From Fonticula alba ATCC 38817 (taxonomy: Eukaryota; Protista; Nucleariida): a stretch of 64,000 nt of DNA. Position 1 is the first letter of the stretch, and each line of letters opens with the position of its first letter. Location of the stretch: the NCBI GenBank assembly GCA_000388065.2, contig KB932208.1. One strand, given 5' to 3'. Below, piece after piece: positions 36,401-46,006 of the stretch. Below the pieces are notes generated by a model. That model made no database searches and was not told the DNA's origin. It was given only the letters and a program-made list of their open reading frames with translations. A program made the position numbers and the translations under genes.

Positions 36401-36926
36401 GGGGCCAGCAGGGGGGGTGCAGAGGATGACGGAGCGGAGGCTGCGGCCGCGGCCGCCGCCGCAGCCATCGGGCATGCTGCCAAAACGTCGCTCGGCAACT
36501 CGAGGGCATTCAAGTGGTCGAGCTTCTCCTTCAGAGTCTTCACCTCCTCCTCCAAAGATTGGACATACTTCATGCGACGCTCGCGGAAGAGCTTCTGCGC
36601 GGCGCGGTTCTGCTCGGCGCTGGAAAAGACAAATACCATGAATGAGAAAAGGCCGAGGGAAAGATGGCCAGCCACCAGGGGCGGGGGCATGGTGCGGAAG
36701 GGCACTCGAAACCGAGGGGAGGGGGAGACCGCCCAGTCGAGTGGAGGACGCACCGCTTGGCGGAGACTTTGGATTTGCGAGTGGGCGGGGGGGTGTCCCC
36801 GTCGGGAGCCGACTCGCCGGATGAGGAGGGAGCCGCGACCGGGTCCGCCGCCGAGTCGACCGGTTGACTGGGATCGACTTCGGCGGAGGCAGACGCCTCG
36901 GCCTTGGGCTTTCGGGCAGGCGGCAT
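33425..36926 (-). CDS. bZIP transcription factor, AP-1/Yap1-Pap1-like, 5 exons
   Basis: Exon1-exon2 junction gives KR|AEQNRAAQKLFRERRMKYVQSLEEEVKTLKEKL (Yap basic signature QNRxAQxxFRER). Exons 36754-36926, 36194-36619, 35380-36001, 34890-35143 and a last exon ending at TAG 33425; frames are continuous across GT-AG introns. Confidence 0.82.
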
Positions 36927-37456
36927 CGTGCGGATGTCTGTAGGGACTAGAGGGGAGAGGGGAGCGCGATCAGCCTGGTGTGCTCAACACAGGACACTGG
37001 GGCTGGTCGCGGGGGCAAGAGGGAGGGCGAGTGGGGGAGGCGGGGCAGAGAGGCACGGGCAGGCGAGGGGGGGGGGAGGCGCTCAAATGCAAGGAGAGCA
37101 GTGTGGCCAGAAGAAGAGAGGAGAGCGGGAGGGGAAGGGGGGGGGGAGGGAGAGAGGATGAGGGCTTGCCTGGGAGTCCAGGCGCACCCTCTGCCAACAG
37201 GGCAAAGTAAAAAGCCTGCACCCACGCAAACACGCGGGATCGCCGGAGATCTGAAACGCGCCACCTTCAGGCCGGAAGGGGCGGCGGCGGCCGGGATCGG
37301 AATACAGCCCGGCGACAGCTCCCAGCCAGGGGCGGCAGCCGGGGCTATGCTTTGGGCTTCTCAAACGGCCGGGGGCCGCCGGCCCAGAGGCAAGCGCCTT
37401 CCACCAGGGGTGGGGGCGGCCGGGCACCGATCTTGCACCAGAGGTCCCCCCCCCCC

Positions 37457-38063
37457 NNNNNNNNNNNNNNNNNNNNNNNNNNNNNNNNNNNNNNNNNNNN
37501 NNNNNNNNNNNNNNNNNNNNNNNNNNNNNNNNNNNNNNNNNNNNNNNNNNNNNNNNNNNNNNNNNNNNNNNNNNNNNNNNNNNNNNNNNNNNNNNNNNNN
37601 NNNNNNNNNNNNNNNNNNNNNNNNNNNNNNNNNNNNNNNNNNNNNNNNNNNNNNNNNNNNNNNNNNNNNNNNNNNNNNNNNNNNNNNNNNNNNNNNNNNN
37701 NNNNNNNNNNNNNNNNNNNNNNNNNNNNNNNNNNNNNNNNNNNNNNNNNNNNNNNNNNNNNNNNNNNNNNNNNNNNNNNNNNNNNNNNNNNNNNNNNNNN
37801 NNNNNNNNNNNNNNNNNNNNNNNNNNNNNNNNNNNNNNNNNNNNNNNNNNNNNNNNNNNNNNNNNNNNNNNNNNNNNNNNNNNNNNNNNNNNNNNNNNNN
37901 NNNNNNNNNNNNNNNNNNNNNNNNNNNNNNNNNNNNNNNNNNNNNNNNNNNNNNNNNNNNNNNNNNNNNNNNNNNNNNNNNNNNNNNNNNNNNNNNNNNN
38001 NNNNNNNNNNNNNNNNNNNNNNNNNNNNNNNNNNNNNNNNNNNNNNNNNNNNNNNNNNNNNNN
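37457..38063. other. Largest assembly gap (607 N); other gaps at 6006-6100, 12196-12367, 27512-27769, 30231-30279, 38971-39087, 45607-45616 and 59944-60238
   Basis: N runs, most bordered by G or C homopolymers. Confidence 0.98.
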
Positions 38064-38578
38064 GCGCGAAAAGACCGTCCCAAGGATCGATCTAGAATAA
38101 ATCGCCCTGAGGATCACATGTTCTGTGTCCCGTACGGGGCGCCACTGCCACATGACGGTTTCGGACCAGATGCCACCGGATCGCAGGCCCTTCACCCCCG
38201 CCCCTGCCGCGATCTGGCCTGGGGGACTGGTTCTTCTCCGCCGCCCCCCCCCTTCCCGGGGACTCTTGAGCCGGCCTCCATGGCGCAGGGGCGCATGTGC
38301 TGCTGAGGCTCGGGCTTCTCGTGTGCTTCCCGCGTGCTTCCCGTGTGCCCGGAGAGCCGGCGATAGCTCGCCAGACCCCCTCGGTGTCTTTCTCTTCTTT
38401 TCTTTTCCCACTCCACCTCCTTCGTGCTTCGTCACCAGTGCTCGCACAGAAGAAGGCATGGCGCCCCGTTCACCCGGGCCCCCTAGGCTCGCTAGCGCCC
38501 TCCCTCCCCCCCCCCCCCCATTCGCCTCCTCCTTGTTCACTCCCCCCTCCCCCCCGAGCAGGGTTCCCGGCTGACGAC

Positions 38579-39840
38579 ATGTTTGCCGCGGCCATGCGGC
38601 AAGGCCTCCGCGCCGGCCAGCTGCCTGTGATCCCTGGTCGGCGGTCCCTGTCCGGTTGGACCCCGCCGCAGGGTCCCGAGAAGCCCAAGCGTCCGATGGT
38701 GGGGCTCGCTGACTTCCGGCGCCTCTTTTCCAAGCCGAACCTCACGCCGGAGGAGATTGACCGACTCTCCCTTCGGCCCATCACACCCGGCTTCCATGTG
38801 TGGAACCTCTTCCTGGCCCTGCTGACGCCAGCCATCTACTGGCTTGTCCTGTGGAAGCTCAAGAAGGATGCCAACTTCGAGCCCGATGCCTCGGGTAAAC
38901 GCGTGCGTTTTTCAGTGCCATCGTTGTTCCCCCCCCCGGGAGATGCAGAGCCTTCAGGAGCGTTTGCCTGNNNNNNNNNNNNNNNNNNNNNNNNNNNNNN
39001 NNNNNNNNNNNNNNNNNNNNNNNNNNNNNNNNNNNNNNNNNNNNNNNNNNNNNNNNNNNNNNNNNNNNNNNNNNNNNNNNNNNNNNNCCCACCACCACGC
39101 CCCCCAAATCGCGCCCCCAGCCGGTCAACAATCCCCTAGAACAGATGCTTGGAAGATCCACCCCTGAGCCGCTGAACAATCGACGCGGCGCTGCTCTCAC
39201 CGGCCCGGATGGCACCCTTGCCAAGGAGGACCTTGCGCCGGTGGTTGCCTCCCTCGAAGAGCGAATTGCTTTGCTCGAGCAGGAACTCCAGGCCCGCAAC
39301 CCTTCGAGCAATCTCGGGGCGCCATCGGCGCCTGGCGCCACGCCGCCAACTTCGGCCGCCAGCCCGCCATCCATGGCTCAGGCAGGCGACCCTTCCGTTG
39401 ACGCTCCCCCGGCCAAGGCCCCTGGCTCGGGGAGTATGATCGTTGACCTGCTTTTAGCCGGGGCCCGAATCTTGAGCGAGGCACTGCGCCCTGCTGTGGA
39501 GTCGGTGGCCACCAAAATGCTTGACCGGCTTAATGCCGACAGGTTGCCCTTGGAACCCCCAGCGGGTGGGGATGCCCCGCTGGCGGTCGAGCCGCCGGAG
39601 ATTGTGGCCCCTCCGGCCGAGCCGCCGCTCATCGTTCTTGTCGAGGCGGTTGAGCCCCCGGCCGAAGCACCGGAGGATCTCCTCCGTTCGAGTGTCCCTC
39701 CGCCGGCGGCCTCCCCGCCGGGCCCGGTGATGCCGGTCGAGCCTGCGGTCCCGGCGCGGCCTCTGGCAGGCCGCATTGTTCCCCCCTCCGCAACCCCTGA
39801 CAGCTCGCCCGTCCGTGGGTCCCCCCTGGAGCGGAGCTGA
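38579..39840 (+). CDS. Hypothetical single-pass membrane protein (about 338 aa), possibly mitochondrial, 2 exons
   Basis: Exon 38579-38894 (MFAAAMRQGLRAGQ...HVWNLFLALLTPAIYWLVLWKLKK) joins in frame through a GT..TAG intron (containing an N gap) to 39140-39840 (coiled coil VASLEERIALLEQELQARN, Pro-rich tail). Confidence 0.65.
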
Positions 39841-40077
39841 TCCGAGATCGCCGGCTCTTTGCTGCATCCCCCTCCCTTCCTTTGCTCATAGATATCTTCC
39901 CCGCCTTTTCCCGTGCCTGAGGGCGCCTTCTCCCCCCACGCACAGACCCACATAGACACACGCGGACTTGCTCCCAAACACGTGCACTGCAACTGGATGG
40001 GCCAAGTCCCTCCTTGTCCGCAAGAGAGCTCGCAAGGTCTCTCTCCGGCTGCTTCAAGTGCTTGCGAGTTCGCGTGC

Positions 40078-40167
40078 GTGCCCTGTGTGCCCTGTGTGCC
40101 TTGTGTGCTTTGTGTGCCTTGTGTGCTTTGTGTGCTTTGTGTGCTTTGTGTGCTTTGTGTACTTTGT
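40078..40167 (+). repeat. 9-bp minisatellite, 10 units (GTGCYYTGT)
   Basis: GTGCCCTGT x2, GTGCCTTGT x2, GTGCTTTGT x5 and a final GTACTTTGT, read directly. Confidence 0.95.
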
Positions 40168-40784
40168 CTGCTTTTTGCGCGTATATGTATCTGCCAACCA
40201 CCTGGTCAATTGAGGGCAGGCTAATGGTAAAGGCCCTGCGGAGTCAGGAGTGTCCTCCTCCCTTCTCCGGCCCTCCCCCTGGCTCGATTGTCCTTCTCGC
40301 GCAGTCTTACCGGGACATGAGGGGCAAAGAAGGAAGCCTGTGTGTATGTGCACGCACAGAGCCATCTCCTATGCAGGGTGCCCTCGACAATGGTCGCTCA
40401 AATGGCCCTGGGTCCGGTGGCGAGGGGGAAGCGATAAAGGGCAAGAGGCGGGGTGGAGGGGGGAGGGGGGGGGCGAAGGACAGAGACAACAGCACACTAC
40501 GAAATACCCTGCCAAGTGACGCACGAGAAGAGACAACGGGCGGAAAAGCGCCACCATGAAAGCCGGCCTTGCCTTCCCACCCACCCCACCCGGCCACCGG
40601 TCAGAACGCCAGTCCATCCCCCCCGTCGATGACGCTCGACCGGCATGCACACCCCCTTCCGACCAAGTGCCAAGCACATCAAGCACGATTGCACTGGTGA
40701 CACAGCGGGAGAGCGAGAAAGTGTGTGGGTGTGTATGTACGCTTGCGGATGTGTGGGTGTATACACGGCCGAGGTGTGTGTTTG

Positions 40785-40852
40785 TGTGTGCGTGTGCGTG
40801 TGCGTGTGCGCGTGCGTGTGCGTGTGCGTGTGCGTGTGCGTGTGCGCCTGTG
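40785..40852 (+). repeat. (GTGTGC/GTGCGC)n satellite just 3' of the sulfotransferase stop
   Basis: Same hexamer class as 57247-57399. Confidence 0.85.
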
Positions 40853-40904
40853 TGCGTCCTCTGCGTGCGCCGATCAACTGGCGCCTTTCCACTTGTGTGC
40901 GTGA

Positions 40905-42630
40905 TCACTCGGCCGAGGTGGCCATGGCCTGGCCGGAGCTAACGCGCTCGAGCAGCGCCTCGCCGGTGCTGCCGTAATCCCGCCAGTAGGTGCTCTCCGG
41001 CTCTAGGACCGTCAGGCCGGCGGCCTCCACACGCCGGCGGAACTCCTTGCGCGCGTGGGTGTACAGGATGTGGTCGATGCTGTCGGTCTCGAGGATGCTG
41101 CGCTCGGCCTCCACTGGCAGGCGGGCGGTGCGATCGTAGGCCGGGTTGGTGCGAACCGAGGCGAAGTCCGAGTCGATGGGGATCTGGCCCATCTGCAGGA
41201 AGAACATGCAGATGGAGGTGTTGTAGTGCTCGGTCAGCCCGAGGAAGAACAGCTGATCGATGTTGGCCCGGGCTTTGTTGACATCCTCGGTGGTAAGGCG
41301 CTTGCGAGCGGCGCAACGCTGGCCGAGAAGCATCTTGGTCTGGCAGCCGCGAACGCCCGGATAGCGGGCATACTGCTCGACGGTGGTGGTCGACTGGGCG
41401 GCGATCTTATCGGCATCCTCGGCGCCGTCCATATGGCGGCCATGGTGGAAGGCACTGCGCAGGCGGCCGAGCGGGTGCCGCAGCAGGCTCATGGTCCAGC
41501 GGCTGGGGTCCGGCGTGAAGCCGGTGTGACCGTAGCAGCCCACCAGCTGGCCATCGCAGTTGACATTGCCCTCGACCACGGAGGCCGGATCGCCCCAGCA
41601 GCCGCGGCCCGGCGGGCCGCAATCCAACGCCCGGCGCAGGGGCACCGTGAAGGCGGTGCCGGCCGACTTGGGCACATGGATGAAGTGCAGCTTCTCCGGC
41701 GCCTTGAGGGCCTTGGCCGAGCCGGGGCGCGGCATGCAGGACCGGCAGTTCTCCACCCAGACCTCATCCTCATGGCACTCGCGCTGGCCGCCGCCCGAGG
41801 GGGGGATCAGCTGCTCGTCGTCATACTCGTCCTCGGGCTCGGCGGCCACGGTGGCTGCCGGGGCCGGGGTGTCGCTGGTGGTCGGCGGGGCGGCGGTGGC
41901 CGTCGGCTCGGAGGTCGGCGGCGGCGTCGGTGGCGGGGCAGCCGTCACAGTGGGTGCCTCGGTGGCGGCGGCGGCGGCGGCGGCAGCCGCCTGCTGGGCC
42001 AAAAGCTCGGCCTCCTGCTGGGCCAGGAGCTGCTGCTGCTGCTGCTGCTCCTGCAGTTGGCGCTCTTCCTCCTGCTGCTTCTGCAGGGCCAGCATCCGCT
42101 GGTGCTCGGCGGCGGCCTGCATGTCGGACTGCTTGACATAGTGGCTGGACCGGACATACGGATCGGTGGCAATGCGCTCGAGGTCATCGCCCGAGTAGCT
42201 GGGCGGGGTGTAGGCTGGCGGCTGGGACCGCTGGGATTGGACGCTAAAGCCGCCGGGGGCCCCGGCGCCGCCCATCTGCTGGAACGAGGCGCCGGGATAC
42301 GCCGGCGGGGGTGGCTGCTGGTGCTGCTGCTGCTGGGGAACCATGTAGCGGCCCTCGGTGTTCATGCCGCCATACCGGTCATAGCCACCGCCGTAGGTGC
42401 TGTAGAATTGGCTGTTGCCGCCGGCGTTGCCGGTCATGGCGGAAATCCAGGCATTGCGCCGGCCCCAGACAATGGCCACGGCGCACACGCCGGCAATCAG
42501 GACCGCCACCCAGCGGACCAGGCCCCGGTGCCAGCGGAGCTGGAGTTTGGGCGGTGGCGGGGCCGCTGGAGCCGAAGCGTGGCGGCTCCGCCCCGACGGC
42601 CCGGGCAAGTGCGTGGACGAGCTGGGCGCC

Positions 42631-42666
<36 letters not shown>

Positions 42667-42737
42667 AGGGAAGATGAGAAGTATTGGGATTGGTGGTGGT
42701 GATGCGGATGAAGGGGATGCGATGCGGGCCTTGCCAT
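40905..42737 (-). CDS. Golgi type II membrane sulfotransferase (Sulfotransfer_2-like; HS6ST/Gal3ST-type motifs), apparently intronless
   Basis: N-terminal TM WVAVLIAGVCAVAIVWG; long Q/P/A/T-rich stem; 5'-PSB loop LHFIHVPKSAGT; 3'-PB motif SLLRHPLGRLRSAF; ARANIDQLFFLGLTEHYNTS; DSIDHILYTHARKEF. The start may be the ATG at about 42632. Confidence 0.8.
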
Positions 42738-42823
42738 GTTCCGCTCGACGGGGGTGTTCTACTGCGCAGGGAGGGAGGCAACGAAAGGGAGGCAGAGGCT
42801 CCGGCTTGGGAACGGGTGAGGGT

Positions 42824-43074
42824 GAATGGGCGAGGGGAAGGGGTGGCGGGGGGGGGGGGAGGGGCCTCGGGATGCCGACGGGTCTTCCTCGGCGGCGGAC
42901 AACGTGTCAGCCTGGCGGAGGGTCCGTCAGCGCGCCGGACCGGGAAAGGGAGAGAATGGGCGAGGGGAAGGGGTGGCGGGGGGGGGGGGAGGGGCCTCGG
43001 GATGCCGACGGGTCTTCCTCGGCGGCGGACAACGTGTCAGCCTGGCGGAGGGTCCGTCAGCGCGCCGGACCGGG
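42824..43074 (+). repeat. 121-bp direct tandem duplication (42824-42944 and 42954-43074, period 130)
   Basis: GAATGGGCGAGGGGAAGGGG...GGATGCCGACGGGTCTTCCTCGGCGGCGGACAACGTGTCAGCCTGGCGGAGGGTCCGTCAGCGCGCCGGACCGGG occurs twice, apparently identical. Confidence 0.92.
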
Positions 43075-44081
43075 TGTGTGGTCATCGAAGGAGGGGATGT
43101 CAGTGGAGGGCCGGGGCGTGGGGGGGGGGGAGTAAATCGGAAGGGGCGAGCAATACAAGCATGCAGCATGGCCCTGGGCAGGGCGGCATATGGCAGGGGG
43201 CTAGCATCCGGGGCCAGCCGAAGGGGACCGGGCCGGATACTGAGCACGGGCCAATGCCGGCACAGCAATTCCCTCACCGCTGCGGAGGGGGAAGTTCAGA
43301 GGAGGGGAGATGAAGGGGCTTACGGCTGATGAGAGGCGACAATGCGACGAAAGGCAGGGAGGTCGGTGCGGGGCAGTAGGGTGGGACGCACACCTCGGTG
43401 CTCCCTCATGAGGACCGATCAGGGAGGGCCCAATCAGGGCAGGGTCGATCAAGCAGGCCCGGGCCACAAGCCTGACTGCTCCGGAAGCGGGGCCCGGCCC
43501 GGGTATTCCCCTCCTTACGCACACCGAATCATACAAGACACACACACACACACACACACACACGCTCGGGCTCCCCCATATCCCCGCCCCCTCCTGCGGA
43601 CCGCCAGTACTACCTCTGCTCCTCTGCCCTGCGTCGTCCGGAATCCGTGCCCCAGCCTTCCCGGAGGCCCCTTTCTTCCTGGGAGACTTGGAAATAGGGG
43701 ATATCCCACAACGAAAGGAATCAGCCCCCCCCTCCCCCCCCCCCCCCCCGATGTCAGCCGCCAAGGCTGTGGCCGGCAACTCACCACTCCGCTGGCCCCT
43801 CCCCGAGGGATGCGACGGCCCTCGGTGCTGCTCCTCGATGGCAGGCTACCTTTAAGAACATGCTGCTTGGGGGTGCCCCATTGTCAGCCCCGTAGCCCGC
43901 TGGACTGGGCAGGCGAGGCACTTGAAACAGGAGGCCCACCGCTCGGACCGTCAGAGGCGCATCCAGCCTGCCGCCTGCGGGTCCCGGATATTGTCCGACG
44001 CATCACACTCGGAGGCCGGGCCCAGAGCGGGCCCCCAGGCACGAGCAAGAGACAGGACACTCGTGAACGCCCGGAGCGGCA

Positions 44082-44132
<51 letters not shown>

Positions 44133-45790
44133 CCCGGCGCTGGTGCCGCCATCGCTGCCACCTCGAAGCACTCATGCTCCGGTCGAAGGCCACACGCCCT
44201 CAATGTGGGACGATTAAGATCCTCCCGACGATAGGGCAATATGACAGCCCACAATCGTTCCTGGCCGCCCCGATAGACGGATATATTGGCCGGTCGCGGG
44301 CCATTTTCGAGGCCGGAAGGTCCCGACGAACGGCCACACAGGGCTGGCCGGCCGATAGGTGAGCCCCCGGGTAGGTGGCTCGCCCCCGTGTTCGGAGCCC
44401 GGTGCCCCCCCCCCCCCCCCCCCACCCCGCCCCGTCCCCTTGCGCCCCTCGTTCGGGGGCGATCATCCGGCAGACGGGGCACGGGCAGGGGGGCAACCTC
44501 AGCTCGGCCCCCGGAGGTGGGGCACGAGCATGGGGATGCGCGACGCAACAGCCAGTGACGGACGGGAGGCTGGCCATTGTTTGCGGGGACCCTTATGGGT
44601 GCCCCTATCCCGAGAGGGTGTGTGTGAATGGGTGTGGGTGTCTGGCGCGCGCGGGACTCTTCTCATGCCGATGTCCGGGCCTGGGCGTGTTGGACCATGT
44701 CACAGGGGCCCCCTCGCGCCCCTTTGTTCACCGGCGCCGTGGCGCCTGCAGCCGAGGCAGGGGGGGCACCACTCAGAAGCACCGGCGCACAGAGAGACAA
44801 ACATACACGACGACCCATGGACAAGCACGCACAAGTGCCCACATGCGCAGGCATACAACAGAAGAGGCACTGTGGCATGGCGGCACGCCCGGTGGCAGCC
44901 TTCAGGAGTGCAGGGGATAGCTTGCACAATCCCTGGCGACGGGGAGGAAGGTCTGACAGACGGCCAGACGAGGCAGCCCGCCGGCAGACCGGGCACAACA
45001 CTGTCACCAACAGCTGATGCGCCTCGCGCCGGGCGGCCCCCAGAGAGACCCGCACCGGTCCAAGGGCCCACCCCGCCAGGGCAGGCCTTTTCCCACATAT
45101 CCCGCTCGGGGCCCCCAAGCGCCGGGAGAAATTAATATCCCCCGCTTTAATTGGCCCGCCCGGCGGCCCGGCCGGGCGCGGAGCCCCCCCCCCCCCAGAT
45201 TCCGAGGACCGAGCAGGGACACCCGCCACCCACACCACCCGGGAAGGATGCCCTTCCCCCCGCCCCTCCTATGATGGCGCAGCCCTGGCAGAATGAGTCC
45301 CGACATCGGTCCTGGCCTCGGTCATTTGGAGGGTGCCTGATCGTGCTTCATGTGGATATGTATGGCACCGGCTGGGCCCATCCAGCCCTGTCCCTGCGGG
45401 AGGCGTCCCTCCGGGTGGGGTCGGCCGGGGGACCGGGCCGCCCAGTCCGACAAATAGACTCGTCCCGGCGCCGGGTGGCGCCAAGAGTGGCGTCCTCGGC
45501 ATGCACATGGTGTGTCGCCCCCTCGGGTGCTAATCGTCGCGCCATTTGGAGAGCATCCAGTCTCCAGGGTGGTACCACGGTCGCCCGCATTGTGGACCGG
45601 CGGGGGNNNNNNNNNNGGGGGGGGGGAGGGATCAGGCTGTTGGGGCGCAATTGTGGGGTTTCTGTTCCAAAATCGAGAGCGAGCCGGCCCCGCGCCCACA
45701 AGCGAAGGCCCGGAAGACAGACAGCAACCACACGTCTTACCAGCCGGCCCGGACCGGGGGCCACATTCACGCTGGACGGAGAGAAAGGCA

Positions 45791-45828
<38 letters not shown>

Positions 45829-46006
45829 TGCGTGCATGCGCGCACTCGATGCAGGGACACAGACAGTGTGTATTCGTGCGGAAGATGAGAAAAGGAAGGT
45901 CTAGGTGGGAGGGATACGGAGGGGGGGGGACACCAGGAGAAACCCTAGCTTGGCCCGAGACGGGTCCGCGTGATCTCAGCCGAGTCACACGGCAGGGGCG
46001 TCTTAA

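Noticed and set aside
38938-38970. Exact 33-bp copy of bZIP exon sequence 35972-36004 (GGGAGATGCAGAGCCTTCAGGAGCGTTTGCCTG)
   Set aside because: It abuts an N gap at a contig end inside another gene's intron. A gap-filling or misassembly artefact is much more likely than a real duplication; long reads would settle it.
41055-42677. Long antisense or alternate-frame ORFs (e.g. 41055-42677 +, 47902-49887 +, 48899-50530 +, 25052-26383 +)
   Set aside because: They are shadows of real genes in about 65% GC DNA with scarce stop codons, and show no family motifs.
44003-44548. 181-aa minus-strand ORF with a protein-like core (ANISVYRGGQERLWAVILPYRREDLNRP)
   Set aside because: No recognisable domain or splice context, and it is flanked by (GCC)n and G-run translations; support is insufficient.
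44941-44965. GGAAGGTCTGA motif resembling eukaryotic RNase P RNA conserved region I
   Set aside because: No matching CR-V/P4 partner (AACxxAATTCAGACT-like) a few hundred nt downstream.
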